This document shows, piece after piece, positions 37,448 to 48,315 of a DNA stretch of 64,000 nt (its first letter is position 1; each line of letters begins with the position of its first letter). A model generated the notes under the pieces. That model had not been told where the DNA came from. It did no database searches and saw nothing but the letters and a program-made list of their open reading frames with translations. Made by a program: the position numbers and the translations under genes. Source of the stretch: Vampirovibrionales bacterium (GTDB lineage: Bacteria > Cyanobacteriota > Vampirovibrionia > Vampirovibrionales > Vampirovibrionaceae); the NCBI GenBank assembly GCA_029262635.1, contig JAJCZA010000005.1, forward strand, positions 607,371 through 671,370. Reading direction: 5' to 3'.

Positions 37448-38485
37448 TTAGTTGAGCCCGTTTAACTTTGGAATATGGTGGCAGTAGCCGATATGGCCGG
37501 GGAAATACTCGATGGCTTCCGGGACTCTCTCGCGGCATAAATCTGTGACATGAGGGCAACGTGTATGAAAACGACAGCCTTTAGGCGGGTTCGCCGGACT
37601 TGGCAAGTCACCTTCCAGGAAAAAGCGATTACTACGGTCCGCATCCGGGTCTGGTACGGGGATGGCTGATAGTAAGGCTTGGGTGTAAGGGTGTAGGGGT
37701 TTTTCGTAGAGTTGTCGAGCGGGAGCCACTTCAGCCAGCTTGCCCAGGTACATGACCACCACCCGATCGCTAATGTATTCAACCACACTCAGGTTATGGG
37801 CAATAAATAAATAAGTGAGGTTAAATTCTTTTTTCAGGTCATCCAGCAGATTCAAGACTTGCGCCTGAACGGATACGTCCAGCGCGCTTACCGGTTCATC
37901 CGCAACGATAAACTTGGGTTTTAACGCTAATGCCCGTGCAATACCTACCCGTTGCCGTTGACCGCCGGAAAATTCGTGGGGGTACCGGTAAAACGCGTCT
38001 TTGGGTAAGCCGACCATGTCTAGTAATTGATAGACTTCCTGTGTTAAAGCGTTACCCGAAGCCAACTGATGGATTTTTATCGGTTCGCTTAGAATGGCGC
38101 CAATGGTCATTCTGGGATTCAAGCTGGAATATGGGTTTTGGAATACAATTTGCATATCCCGACGGAGTGGGCGAAGGGCATGGTTAGAGAGCTGGGTCAG
38201 TTCTTGTCCCTCTAAGAAAACCTTACCTGAAGTGGGGCGCAGTAGTTGTAAGATGCAACGACCAACCGTGGATTTGCCACAACCGGACTCACCAACTAGC
38301 CCAACAGTTTCGCCCGGATAAATCGTGAGATCCACATCGGTTACCGCCTGAACTTCACCAACCTTTCGGTTAAAAAAGCCCTTGTGAATGGGAAAATGCT
38401 TGGTCAGTCCTTTTAACTCGATTAAAGGAGACTCAGCATTTGAGGCGGGAGGATGGTCTTGGGTTAAATGGCTTGATCGGGTCAT
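37448..38485 (-). CDS. oppF: Oligopeptide/dipeptide ABC transporter ATP-binding subunit (OppF/DppF type)
   Basis: Motifs GESGCGKST, QIVFQNPYSSLNPR, RYPHEFSGGQRQR, DEPVSALD, HPYTQALLS and PPKGCRFHTRC. Confidence 0.88.
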   Translation of the reverse strand: MTRSSHLTQDHPPASNAESPLIELKGLTKHFPIHKGFFNRKVGEVQAVTDVDLTIYPGETVGLVGESGCGKSTVGRCILQLLRPTSGKVFLEGQELTQLSNHALRPLRRDMQIVFQNPYSSLNPRMTIGAILSEPIKIHQLASGNALTQEVYQLLDMVGLPKDAFYRYPHEFSGGQRQRVGIARALALKPKFIVADEPVSALDVSVQAQVLNLLDDLKKEFNLTYLFIAHNLSVVEYISDRVVVMYLGKLAEVAPARQLYEKPLHPYTQALLSAIPVPDPDADRSNRFFLEGDLPSPANPPKGCRFHTRCPHVTDLCRERVPEAIEYFPGHIGYCHHIPKLNGLN

Positions 38486-38552
38486 ACCCCTATTCTATCG
38501 CATTTATTTCTATTTACTTTACCTTGCTATATTTTTAAATCAAATGCGTTGA

Positions 38553-38640
38553 CTGATTACCCCATCAAGACTGTAAGTAGCACAATGGGGGTTTGAGGAG
38601 GAAACGTTCCCCCAATAAATGGCGTTGATGGGGTAATTAG
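38553..38640. repeat. 88-bp palindromic element with 16-bp terminal inverted repeats (REP/MITE-like or structured RNA)
   Basis: CTGATTACCCCATCAA ... TTGATGGGGTAATTAG (15/16 match), with an inner TGGGGG...CCCCCA stem. Confidence 0.6.
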
Positions 38641-38751
38641 AAATGTGCTGACTGTTTATGAGAGTCTGCTTATTTTAAAATAGATACTGATATATAATAT
38701 ACCTTAGTTGTTCGGAGAGAATGACAGAGAGAGATAGGGAGGCCCATTATT

Positions 38752-40542
38752 ATGACCCATGTCACATCGTCTGAAACACACTCTTTTGAAACCATCGTCA
38801 AGCCACCCCTTGAAAAATGGGCGATTCCTCCCAATATGGCAAATTACGACGCCATGTGCGATGACTTTTCTTGGAAGCAAATTGAAAACCAGCTGAAACT
38901 GCCCCGAACTAACGGCGTCAATCAGGCTTCTGTTTGTATTGATGGGCACCCGCCCGAGGTGATGAAGCGTAACGCCTTAATCTGGATTAGAAAAGATTCA
39001 ACAACAGGTCAATTTAAAGATGAAACATACACGTTTGAGGATTTGAAAAGAGAAACCAACCGTTTTGCTAATGTGCTTGTTCAGGCTGGTATCGAGAAAG
39101 GCGATCGGGTTTTCACCTTCTTAGAGCGGATTCCAGAAAATTATATTAGTATTTTTGGCGCTTTGAAAACCGGTGCCGTTGTAGGGCCCTTGTTTTCCGC
39201 CTTCGGTCCTGAAGCCATTAAGGATCGGCTTCAGGATAGTCAGGCTCGGCTTGTCGTAACCAGCCCAGCGTTGAAACCCCGTTTGGATAGTATTCGTGGT
39301 GATTTGCCCCATCTCGAAAAAGTGATTGTTGTGGATAGAGACAACACGCAAACAGACTCGCTGCAAGCCCATGAGTTGGATTATGCTGCCGCCATGGCTG
39401 AAGCCTCGGATACCTTTGAGGTTGTCCATACGGATCCTGACGATTATTCTATTATGCACTATACCTCGGGTACGACGGGTAAACCGAAAGGTGTGGTTCT
39501 TTGTCATGGTGCCTTGGTTTCTCAAAGCGCGACAGCGCAGTATGTTCTGGATTTAAAGCCGGATCGTGACATTTACTGGTGTAGTGCGGATCCTGGCTGG
39601 GTCACAGGAACCTCTTATGGCATGTTTGGTCCATGGTCTTTGGGCGCAACCCAAATTGTTTACGAAGGCGGTTTTAAAGCGGAAGACTGGTACCGGCTCA
39701 TGCAGGATTACAAGGTTACCGTCTGGTACACCGCCCCTACCGCCATTCGGATGTTAATGAAGTCCGGTGAGGCATTGGTCGAGCAATATGATTTATCCTC
39801 TCTTCGCCATTTGTGTAGTGTGGGTGAGCCTCTGAATCCAGAGGCCATTATTTGGGGACAGGATGTGTTTGGTAAGATCTTCCACGATACTTGGTGGCAA
39901 ACGGAAACGGGCTGTATGCATATTTGTAATTACCCGTGCCTGGATGTGAAGCCCGGTTCTATGGGGAAACCGGTTCCTGGGATTACGGCGGGTATTCTGG
40001 ATGAAGATTGGAATCCGGTTCCGGTTGGCGAAGAGGGCCATCTGGCCTTAAGACCTAATGCACCGTCGGTTTTAAAAACTTATTGGCATCGTGATGAGGT
40101 GTATCAGTCTAAATTTAAAAACGGCTGGTACATCACAGGCGACCGGGCTAAAGTTGATGATGAGGGTTATTTCTGGTTTATTGGGCGGGATGATGACGTC
40201 ATCAATACGGCAGGCCATCTCGTTGGACCTTTTGAGGTGGAAAGTGCTCTGATTGAACACCCGGCTGTGGCAGAAGCGGCGGTTATTGGCAAGCCGGACA
40301 AAGAGCGGATGGAAATTATCAAGGCCTTTGTCTCTCTGAAAACCGGCTTTACGGAAAGTGACGAGTTAATTCAAGAGATTCGTACCTTTGTCCGACATCG
40401 GCTAGCGGCCCATGCATATCCTCGAGAAATCGCTGTTCTCCCCGATCTGCCCAAAACCCGAAGCGGGAAAATTATGCGACGTTTGTTAAAGGCCCGAGAA
40501 TTGGGCTTGCCTGAGGGCGATACGTCGACGCTAGAAGAATAA
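38752..40542 (+). CDS. acs: Acetate--CoA ligase
   Basis: Motifs YTSGTTGKPKG, WCSADPGWVTG, SVGEPLNPEA, DTWWQTETG, GRDDDVI and LPKTRSGKIMRR. Confidence 0.92.
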   Translation: MTHVTSSETHSFETIVKPPLEKWAIPPNMANYDAMCDDFSWKQIENQLKLPRTNGVNQASVCIDGHPPEVMKRNALIWIRKDSTTGQFKDETYTFEDLKRETNRFANVLVQAGIEKGDRVFTFLERIPENYISIFGALKTGAVVGPLFSAFGPEAIKDRLQDSQARLVVTSPALKPRLDSIRGDLPHLEKVIVVDRDNTQTDSLQAHELDYAAAMAEASDTFEVVHTDPDDYSIMHYTSGTTGKPKGVVLCHGALVSQSATAQYVLDLKPDRDIYWCSADPGWVTGTSYGMFGPWSLGATQIVYEGGFKAEDWYRLMQDYKVTVWYTAPTAIRMLMKSGEALVEQYDLSSLRHLCSVGEPLNPEAIIWGQDVFGKIFHDTWWQTETGCMHICNYPCLDVKPGSMGKPVPGITAGILDEDWNPVPVGEEGHLALRPNAPSVLKTYWHRDEVYQSKFKNGWYITGDRAKVDDEGYFWFIGRDDDVINTAGHLVGPFEVESALIEHPAVAEAAVIGKPDKERMEIIKAFVSLKTGFTESDELIQEIRTFVRHRLAAHAYPREIAVLPDLPKTRSGKIMRRLLKARELGLPEGDTSTLEE

Positions 40543-40570
40543 GCGAGAAAAATGACGAATTAGAACCCAC

Positions 40571-41395
40571 TTAAAAGCTGTTACTCTGGGTTTCGAGCTG
40601 ATGCAGGTGATCTTGATGGCCAAAGTACAGAGTGGTTAATAGCTCTGGGGTTTCAGCCATGGTGTCGGATAAATCCAGACGGTTTTTAAAGTAAATGCGA
40701 AAATCATTCTCTAGCGTGTTCTGAGCATCCTTAAACAGTCTTTTTTTTCTTACCAGATAATGGTGGAGGGTATCAAACTCTTCTGGTGTTAAGTGTTTGG
40801 AAAGGTTTAAAAGAAACGGTTCTGTTGCTTCCAGCTCAGGGCGGTCAATGGGCACATGCCATTTTTTACTGACCGGTATCCGCCCAATTTTCTGGTTGTT
40901 AATTACAAGGGTTGAGGCGATAAAGTCTCCGAACCGTTTTTCCCGTCGGGAAAACATCATGGGCAACAGGCCAACGGCTGATCCCCAAACATCGATAATG
41001 CGGAACAGGTTCCGGCCAAAGGCTTCCCAAAATCCGATGGGTTCGCCCTGATTACGCACGACTCGGATGTTGAGCAGGTATTTCCCAACGGTTTGACCGT
41101 TCCAAAGCCATTCCTGAAGGAACTGCACGCCAAACATGGTAAAAAACGAACCTAAGTAAAACACGGTTTGTCCAATTTCGGCTAATATTTTGCCTTGACG
41201 ACTGAGAAATAGCATCACAACAAGCACGATCACCCATAAAATGCCCATTAAAAACAGGTCGATGAGCATGGCAAAAATGCGGTTGCCCACCCCGGCCAAT
41301 TCAATCTCTACAAAGGAATGTTCGGCGGTTTCAATGGTGTGGAGTGAGCGAATATCCATTAACTCACGAGATGAAGTGAGGGTGTTTGTTGTCAT
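40571..41395 (-). CDS. RDD family protein (MoxR/SpoIIM-associated type)
   Basis: Motifs IETAEH..ELAGVGNRIFAMLID, WNGQTVGK, RNLFRIID and KRFGDFIAST. Confidence 0.87.
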   Translation of the reverse strand: MTTNTLTSSRELMDIRSLHTIETAEHSFVEIELAGVGNRIFAMLIDLFLMGILWVIVLVVMLFLSRQGKILAEIGQTVFYLGSFFTMFGVQFLQEWLWNGQTVGKYLLNIRVVRNQGEPIGFWEAFGRNLFRIIDVWGSAVGLLPMMFSRREKRFGDFIASTLVINNQKIGRIPVSKKWHVPIDRPELEATEPFLLNLSKHLTPEEFDTLHHYLVRKKRLFKDAQNTLENDFRIYFKNRLDLSDTMAETPELLTTLYFGHQDHLHQLETQSNSF

Positions 41396-41501
41396 TGGCT
41401 TTTATGGGGTTCTCCGGCATAATAAAAGAGCGTTATGATGCTTTTCCATTTAATTGATCATACCCTACTTACTAAGATATTGAAGACAGGATTCTGAGGC
41501 A

Positions 41502-42470
41502 ATGAACCTGAAACGCTGGGTTTTAAATCGAGAAAAAGAATGGATACGTTTGGAGCAGTTGTTGGAGTTGTCAGAAAACAATATTCAACGCTTGTCTCCC
41601 GAGGAAATTCGAGACCTGGGATTTATGTATCGCAGTGCAATCCAGGATTTGTCCCGGGTTCGTTCTTCCCGTGAGTATCAGCATTTGGTTCCTTATTTAA
41701 ACAATCTGGTCCAGCGGGTTCATGCCAAGGTTTACGAGAAACCGCCCACCCGCCTGCGTGACATCGTGACGTTTTTCTTCGTCAGTTTTCCTCAGTGTGT
41801 CCGAAAAAATGGTGGGATCATTTTTTTAGCCTTTCTCACCTTTGCTCTGGGCTCGGCTTTGTCTATGACAACAATTCACCTGGATCCGTCCACGTCTTCC
41901 TTTTTTTTGCCGCCTGCGGTGATTGATCAAGTGGCTGAAGGCAAGTTATGGATGGACAACATTGAAGCGGGGACATCCAAGTCGAGTATGCTAATGACCA
42001 ATAACGTTCAGGTGGCTTTTAAGGCCTATGTTGGCGGCCTCTTGTTCGGCATAGGTTCGCTGTTTGTTCTGTTTTTTAATGGGCTTTTCGCCTTTGGCGG
42101 CCCTTTACAAATTTGTATCCAGTACGGCATGGGCGAAAAGCTCTTGCTCTTTATGCTACCCCATGGGGTTATCGAGCTAACCACGATCTTTATTTCGGGG
42201 GGCGCCGGGATGGTCATTGGTCTGGCCATGTTATTTCCGGGAGATAAACCCCGTTGGCAAAATGTACGAGAAAAAGCCCGCGAATCTTTTATTTTAATTG
42301 CAGGCTGTGTGTTTTTATTGGTGATTGCCGGCATTATTGAAGGCATGGTGTCCCTCAATAAAGACGTTCCCGATCTGATCCGAATTGTGGTTTCGGCCAC
42401 ATCGGCGGTTTTATTATTTAGTTATCTCTTTTTGTCGGGCCGTCATGTTGCTGAGTCTCTTCCGGAATAA
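41502..42470 (+). CDS. Stage II sporulation protein M (DUF95) family membrane protein
   Basis: Motifs YRSAIQDLSR, YLNNLV, MTNNVQVAF, LPHGVIELTTI and LVIAGIIEG. Confidence 0.88.
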   Translation: MNLKRWVLNREKEWIRLEQLLELSENNIQRLSPEEIRDLGFMYRSAIQDLSRVRSSREYQHLVPYLNNLVQRVHAKVYEKPPTRLRDIVTFFFVSFPQCVRKNGGIIFLAFLTFALGSALSMTTIHLDPSTSSFFLPPAVIDQVAEGKLWMDNIEAGTSKSSMLMTNNVQVAFKAYVGGLLFGIGSLFVLFFNGLFAFGGPLQICIQYGMGEKLLLFMLPHGVIELTTIFISGGAGMVIGLAMLFPGDKPRWQNVREKARESFILIAGCVFLLVIAGIIEGMVSLNKDVPDLIRIVVSATSAVLLFSYLFLSGRHVAESLPE

Positions 42471-43311
42471 AATCAAATACGGCGATTTCAGGCTCGGCGT
42501 TATATCGAAAACGAGGGAAAGCCCGTTTGTAGGATAAAAAATTCATATAAAAAGCGGCGGCCCCTAATCCGCTGGTGACATAGAGCTTTATTTTGTTTTT
42601 TTCATAAAACCCGTAACGATACTTCATCTTGAAGACATAGCGATAAATGGGTTTTAAGAAAGGCAGGTAAAAGTGTCCAGCATGGGTGTGGCCGGATAAA
42701 ACTAAATCAACAGGTGAGTCAGCCTGCTGTGTCACCACATCAAAATGAAGGGGGTTGTGGGCCAGCATGATCACGGGTGCCTTTTTTTTTGTTTGAGAGA
42801 GGGGAGGAAGTCCTGAAAGGGCTTTTGTTAGATCCGGTTTGCCATATTTATAGTCATCCAGTCCAACAAGCCAGAGTTTTGTGTCCGATTGCCCATGGCG
42901 GGGCTCAAGGCCGATGTGGTTATTGACCAATAAATGATAGCCGGATGACTCGAGCATTTGTCGAATGGCTTGACTTCGTTTTCCATCGGCGTAATCGTGG
43001 TTTCCGAGTACGGCATATTTGCCGTAAGGCGCACTAAGCAAGGATAAGAATTCTCCTGCCTGCTCGATATAGTCGCTTCCATAGTGGATAAGATCGCCGG
43101 TGGAGACAATGAGGTGAGGGGCCCACTTCTGAATTTCATCCAACACCCTTTGGTAGTAGTGACTCTCGGTGTATTCATAAAAATGGAGGTCCGAAACCTG
43201 TACTAAACGAAATGAGGATTCTCCCGGTGGCACGAAAGAGGGGGAAAGTCCTGATAGTGGAATCACATGGCGCGAGACTTTTAAATCGTTATGGGTTAAA
43301 AAGGAAAACAT
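42418..43311 (-). CDS. Metallophosphoesterase (YkuE/YaeI-like)
   Basis: Motifs SDLH, TGDL, GNHD, AHNP and SGHTHAG. Confidence 0.9.
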   Translation of the reverse strand: MFSFLTHNDLKVSRHVIPLSGLSPSFVPPGESSFRLVQVSDLHFYEYTESHYYQRVLDEIQKWAPHLIVSTGDLIHYGSDYIEQAGEFLSLLSAPYGKYAVLGNHDYADGKRSQAIRQMLESSGYHLLVNNHIGLEPRHGQSDTKLWLVGLDDYKYGKPDLTKALSGLPPLSQTKKKAPVIMLAHNPLHFDVVTQQADSPVDLVLSGHTHAGHFYLPFLKPIYRYVFKMKYRYGFYEKNKIKLYVTSGLGAAAFYMNFLSYKRAFPRFRYNAEPEIAVFDFIPEETQQHDGPTKRDN

Positions 43312-43351
43312 CTTAGCCTTATTGTACCCGACTCAAAACCTTTGGTTCTAT

Positions 43352-44326
43352 TTACTTCCCTCCAAAAAAGGTGCCCATCGCAGTAATGACCATTGGCCCC
43401 ATCAACACGATAAACAGAGGCGGGAAAATAAATAGAACCAAAGGAAAGGTCATTTTGATGCTGGCTTTGGAGGCCAGCTCTTCGGCCGCTTGTCGTCGTC
43501 GGGTTCTGACATCATCGGCATAAATACGTAACGCCTCTGCGATACTTGTTCCCAATTTATCGGCTTGGACAATCATGTTGCACAATGAGTTTAGTTCGTC
43601 GACACCTGCTCGGGTCCCCAGGTTACTAAAGGCTTCGGATCGACTAATTCCAGCGTTTAGCTCTTTTGTGACACGCTGAAATTCAAGTGAAATATCGGGT
43701 GCCATTCTTTTGGTTTCTTCTCCAACGCGCTGAATTGTGGAATCCAGTCCAAGACCGGCTTCCACACAAACGACCATTAAGTCCAGTGTGTCGGGCAATG
43801 TATATCGAATTTCAGTTTTTCGCTTGCCTGCTTCCAGCTTCAAACCGAGAGGTGGGATATAACGACCCACAACGACACCGCCAAATAGACCAACAAAACC
43901 CCATATTAAAGCCTGAGCAAAGCCCATGGTTGTTAGGCTCAGAAGAAAAGCAATACCTGCCAGTACGATGCCGATGACGAGGCCGGTTGCGATTTGAATT
44001 GCTAAAAAGCGCCACACGGCTTTATCAGAGTCGCTTTTTCCAGCTTCGGTTAATAGGGCTTTAATTTGTATTTGGTGTGAATAATTGTTTGAATAAAAGG
44101 AGCGAGAAATTGGTTCGACTAGTTTAATCAGTGTCTCTAGTATCAGGTCACGATCTTTTGCCCCGCCAATTTCGTCTCTCGATTTTAAGGCTCGTAAACG
44201 GGCATGTACGGGATTCTCTTCGGGCACGATTACAGAGAGCAAGCCCAATACCAAAACAAAAGCTGCAACAGCGAGTAAGCCTGCGGCCATAAAAATCATA
44301 AGGGTTTGGGTGTTATCGTTATCCAA
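43352..44326 (-). CDS. tadC: Tad pilus inner-membrane platform protein TadC
   Basis: Motifs LPDTLDLMVVCVEAGLGLD, QADKLGTSIAEALR and KMTFPLVLFIFP. Confidence 0.92.
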   Translation of the reverse strand: MDNDNTQTLMIFMAAGLLAVAAFVLVLGLLSVIVPEENPVHARLRALKSRDEIGGAKDRDLILETLIKLVEPISRSFYSNNYSHQIQIKALLTEAGKSDSDKAVWRFLAIQIATGLVIGIVLAGIAFLLSLTTMGFAQALIWGFVGLFGGVVVGRYIPPLGLKLEAGKRKTEIRYTLPDTLDLMVVCVEAGLGLDSTIQRVGEETKRMAPDISLEFQRVTKELNAGISRSEAFSNLGTRAGVDELNSLCNMIVQADKLGTSIAEALRIYADDVRTRRRQAAEELASKASIKMTFPLVLFIFPPLFIVLMGPMVITAMGTFFGGK

Positions 44327-44350
44327 TTTTGAATACCTGTTTTTGCTTTC

Positions 44351-45361
44351 TTATACTCGAATTTCAATGACTTTTTTCATAATAAAAAACCCAATACATT
44401 GCATGATGCCAGCCACAACAAGCATAATATGGCCAATCTCATTTTCGATTAAGGGAGCAACATAATCCGGCATAAATAAGGACAAGAAACCGAATAGGGC
44501 TACAGGCGCTCCACCTAAAACGTATCCAGTCATTCGGGATTGTCCGGTCAGTGCCGAGATTTGGCCTTTTAGTTTGAACCGTTCTCGAATGGTATAGCCG
44601 AGCTTGTCAAGGACTTCGGCCAAGTTACCGCCAGCCTCCCGTTGAATCAAAACGGCTGTTGTGAGCATACGGACATCAGGCAGGTCAACACTTTCAACCA
44701 TTCGTCCCATGGCTTCTTTAACAGGGATTCCCATATTGATATCATTCACCATCGCCAGAAATTCGCTTGCGATGGGATCTTTCATTTCATAGCCGACGAC
44801 GCCGATGGCGGCTTGAAACGAATGGCCAGCCCGAAGAGAACTGGTTACGAGGCTTAATGCTTCGGGGAGTTGTTTTGTAAATGTGGCCAGTCGTTGATTT
44901 TTTCGAAAACTGAGTGCAAAAATAGACAGTACAGGGATGCTAAGAGACATCAGAAGAAAAATAAAACTTTTACTGACCAGAAATAGGATAAACCCAATGC
45001 CAAAAGGACCGGCCATAAAATAAATGATAAACTTATCCACGGGCATTAAGAGTCCAGCTTGTAACAAATTCTTTTTAAGTGTGCTGGTAAAACTGTATTT
45101 TTCGAGTAGCTTTCCGAGTGCGGCATTATCATAGGTTTTATCCCGAAACATATCACCTAAATGCCTTTCTTTTAATTCACTCCGCCGGAGCTGTTCTTCA
45201 TTGTGTTGCACTTTGATTTTAGAAAGACGTTGTTGCATAAACGTGGGCTCAGGGCTTAAAAAGGCTTGCAGAAAGTACAGTGCGGCTCCGATTAAAAGAG
45301 CCAATAGGCCAAAAACAACGACAATGGCGACAAACATGAGCAATGTTGATGAATCTGCCAT
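44351..45361 (-). CDS. tadB: Tad pilus inner-membrane platform protein TadB
   Basis: Motifs QLPEALSLVTSSLRAGHSF and IQREAGGNLAEVLDKL..TIRER. Confidence 0.92.
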   Translation of the reverse strand: MADSSTLLMFVAIVVVFGLLALLIGAALYFLQAFLSPEPTFMQQRLSKIKVQHNEEQLRRSELKERHLGDMFRDKTYDNAALGKLLEKYSFTSTLKKNLLQAGLLMPVDKFIIYFMAGPFGIGFILFLVSKSFIFLLMSLSIPVLSIFALSFRKNQRLATFTKQLPEALSLVTSSLRAGHSFQAAIGVVGYEMKDPIASEFLAMVNDINMGIPVKEAMGRMVESVDLPDVRMLTTAVLIQREAGGNLAEVLDKLGYTIRERFKLKGQISALTGQSRMTGYVLGGAPVALFGFLSLFMPDYVAPLIENEIGHIMLVVAGIMQCIGFFIMKKVIEIRV

Positions 45362-45433
45362 GATGCTAAGTCCTTACTTTGTATGCCATTGTTTTACACA
45401 CTCACTTCTGTTTTGAAAAAATTTTAGCAAAAG

Positions 45434-47032
45434 TTACATTGAATCTCGACGCTTTAGAATATCCCGAAGACTCTCTCCATTCGAGGGAATTTTGGGGGCA
45501 GGACGACTACTAACCTCTGTAGTTTTTAATTCTTCATCCGGTTGTGTCTCGGGTTCTTTTGATAAAGGCTCATCGATAGCTATTCCCAAAACATCGCGAG
45601 CCGACTGCTTTTCAAAATATTCTAACGGTAAATCAATATTTTTTATTTTGCACAGTTCGGCGAACCGGGGCCGAACCCCGGTTGCGACGTGGGCCCCAAT
45701 AATTTTCCCATCACTATCCAGTCCAATTTGTTCATATTTAAAAATTTCCTGCATGGTAATCATGTCCCCTTCCATGCCAATAACTTCAGCGATGCTGGTG
45801 GTTTTACGAGAGCCATCCATGAGACGGCTCACCTGAACAATCAGATGAACGGCAGAAGCAATTTGTTGTTTAATGGCTTTTTCAGGTAAAGGGTTATCAT
45901 TCATTAAACACATGGTCTGGATACGGGAAATAGCGTCTCGAGGTGTATTGGCGTGAAGTGTTGTTAGGGAACCATCGTGGCCTGTGTTCATGGCTTGAAG
46001 CATGTCTAGCGTTTCCCCACCACGACACTCACCGACAATAATACGATCGGGGCGCATCCGCAACGAGTTAATCAAGAGTTTCCGAATCGGGATGGCTCCT
46101 TCGCCTTCAATGTTGGCAGGGCGAGATTCCAAACGGACTACATGCTCTTGTTGGAGCTGAAGTTCTGCCGCGTCTTCCATGGTGACAATACGCTCATCAT
46201 TAGCAATTAATGCGGATAAGCTATTGAGCATGGTTGTTTTACCTGACCCCGTACCTCCAGAAATAACAACATTTAAATGAACCTTAACGGCGGCAATCAA
46301 TGTCTCGGCCATGGCCTTGGTCATAGACCCCCAACCCAGCAATTTATCGAGTGTTCCTGCATCGGCTTTAAATTTTCGGATGGTCACCGCTGCTCCATCA
46401 ATGGAGAGTGGTGGAATAATCGCATTAAAACGGGAACCATCGTATGGCTGACCGTCTGCTTTAATTCGTGCATCAACCAAAGGCGTTCGTTCATCGACCC
46501 GACGACCAACAGAGGAAACAATCCGCTCAATGACATGCATGAGGTGGTCGTTATCTTTAAATCGGATACTGGTCAACTCTAGTTTGCCGTTTTTTTCCAC
46601 AAATACTTTATTGGGGCCATTGATCATAATCTCGGAAATAATTGGGTCGTGGAGTAAGCACTCAATGGGGCCATGGCCCATAATTTCTTCAACCAGCTCC
46701 CGAACCAGCACTTCGCGCTCAGGGCGGCTCATTGGAATTTTATCGATTTGTAAAAACTGCTCTAAAAATTGATGAGCTGCTGTCGTAATTTCGCTGGCAT
46801 CCAGATTGTCATCTGGACCAATATTCATGTTATCCACTAATTTGCTGTGGATTTTTGATTTCAGGTCCTCAAACCGTTCACTCTTTGTGGTGACCTTATT
46901 TTCGTCTTGTTCGTTCATCAAGGGAGAGGGACTTCCGGAAGACACCAATCCGCTAGGCTCGTTCGTGGGTTCAGAAGGAAGACCTGTCCGTTGACTTTTA
47001 TTCGCTTGATTGAGTCGATCCCGAAGTGACAT
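45434..47032 (-). CDS. tadA: Tad pilus assembly ATPase TadA/CpaF
   Basis: Motifs [37 protein letters not shown] and AMNTGHDGS. Confidence 0.95.
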   Translation of the reverse strand: MSLRDRLNQANKSQRTGLPSEPTNEPSGLVSSGSPSPLMNEQDENKVTTKSERFEDLKSKIHSKLVDNMNIGPDDNLDASEITTAAHQFLEQFLQIDKIPMSRPEREVLVRELVEEIMGHGPIECLLHDPIISEIMINGPNKVFVEKNGKLELTSIRFKDNDHLMHVIERIVSSVGRRVDERTPLVDARIKADGQPYDGSRFNAIIPPLSIDGAAVTIRKFKADAGTLDKLLGWGSMTKAMAETLIAAVKVHLNVVISGGTGSGKTTMLNSLSALIANDERIVTMEDAAELQLQQEHVVRLESRPANIEGEGAIPIRKLLINSLRMRPDRIIVGECRGGETLDMLQAMNTGHDGSLTTLHANTPRDAISRIQTMCLMNDNPLPEKAIKQQIASAVHLIVQVSRLMDGSRKTTSIAEVIGMEGDMITMQEIFKYEQIGLDSDGKIIGAHVATGVRPRFAELCKIKNIDLPLEYFEKQSARDVLGIAIDEPLSKEPETQPDEELKTTEVSSRPAPKIPSNGESLRDILKRRDSM

Positions 47033-47058
47033 AAAATGATAACCTTTTTATTGACCCT

Positions 47059-48276
47059 TTATTTGCCAAACATGGAGAATAGGTTTTTTTTGCCCGCTTT
47101 TAGCGAAGAGGCATTGGTTGGTATCTTTGTGCTTCCTTGAATTAACCCGGTTATTTGACGAGAAAAATCGAGGAAATTTTGATAAACGGTTTTTCCATTT
47201 TCTAGCGAATTAATGGGAACCCCTCGGTTAATAGCGGTCATAATTGAAAAATAATTGTTTGGAATTTTCCAAAAGACATCATGTTCCAGTGTCTGTTCTA
47301 CATCATCAATAGTAATCTCTTCGTCCGGGACATAGCGGTTTACAATGAGTTTCACTTTTTCCTTGTCATAGCCGAGTCGTTCAAATAGCGTTAAAACTCT
47401 TTGACTGCTACGGATACAAGGTAAATTGACCATGGAAACCAGAAGGATATTATCCGCTAAATCTAATGCAGTTAGGGTTTTTGAGTCAAATGAGGTGGTG
47501 GTGTCGATCACCACGTATTCAAACGTTGCTTTTAACACGGTTAAAACCGTATTAATTTGGTCTGCCGTTACTTCTTCGGCTTCTTCCACATGAAGCGGAT
47601 CGGCTAAAATGTATAAATTGGATTGATCATAACGAAAGTTGGCCAATGAGGTTTCCAAGTAAGTGGCATCGACCCGTCCAATATTCTTGGCGATATCCAC
47701 AATAGTTTGCTTGGGAATCACGTCAAGAAAGGTGGTAATGTCCCCTAGCTGAAGGTTTAAATCAACCAGAGCCACGGGCTTATCTGTAATTTCAGAGAGT
47801 GCCAATGCGGTATTTACCGCGATGGTTGTTTTCCCTAAGCCACCTTTGTTGCTGAATACGGTTAGAATACGGCCGCTTGTATCCCCTCCGACATCAACAC
47901 TCAACGAACGTCGGTGTTTGACGACTAACTCTTCCAGTGCTTCTAGGGTAAAGGGGCGTTGCAAAAACTCTCGGGCTCCGGCTTGCATACACTCCATAAT
48001 CGTCTGCATATCCATTTGATCACCGGAGGTCACCACCATGATCTCTTTAAAATAAGTCGAAATTCGTGTCATAATCTCCAGGCTTTTGGTCTGATCTTCC
48101 CGGAGATCCACAAATACCATGTCGGGTCGGTTTTGCCGAACCAGTTCATAGCCATAAATTAAACTATCTGTTTCAGCTAGAATTTCAACAATGCCGAGTT
48201 CATTATAGGCGTCTCGGATGGCGGCTCTTGCTTCCGGATCGTGTTCAATAATAATGGCTGTAAAGATTTTACCCAT
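47059..48276 (-). CDS. cpaE: CpaE/TadZ (receiver-like domain plus MinD/ParA domain)
   Basis: N-terminal REC-like domain (QAGAREFL), plus KGGLGKTT and VDLNLQLGD. Sits between the secretin and tadA. Confidence 0.88.
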   Translation of the reverse strand: MGKIFTAIIIEHDPEARAAIRDAYNELGIVEILAETDSLIYGYELVRQNRPDMVFVDLREDQTKSLEIMTRISTYFKEIMVVTSGDQMDMQTIMECMQAGAREFLQRPFTLEALEELVVKHRRSLSVDVGGDTSGRILTVFSNKGGLGKTTIAVNTALALSEITDKPVALVDLNLQLGDITTFLDVIPKQTIVDIAKNIGRVDATYLETSLANFRYDQSNLYILADPLHVEEAEEVTADQINTVLTVLKATFEYVVIDTTTSFDSKTLTALDLADNILLVSMVNLPCIRSSQRVLTLFERLGYDKEKVKLIVNRYVPDEEITIDDVEQTLEHDVFWKIPNNYFSIMTAINRGVPINSLENGKTVYQNFLDFSRQITGLIQGSTKIPTNASSLKAGKKNLFSMFGK

Positions 48277-48315
48277 TGATTTTAGTTCCTGTTAACTGTT
48301 TTTCGAATGATTCGA

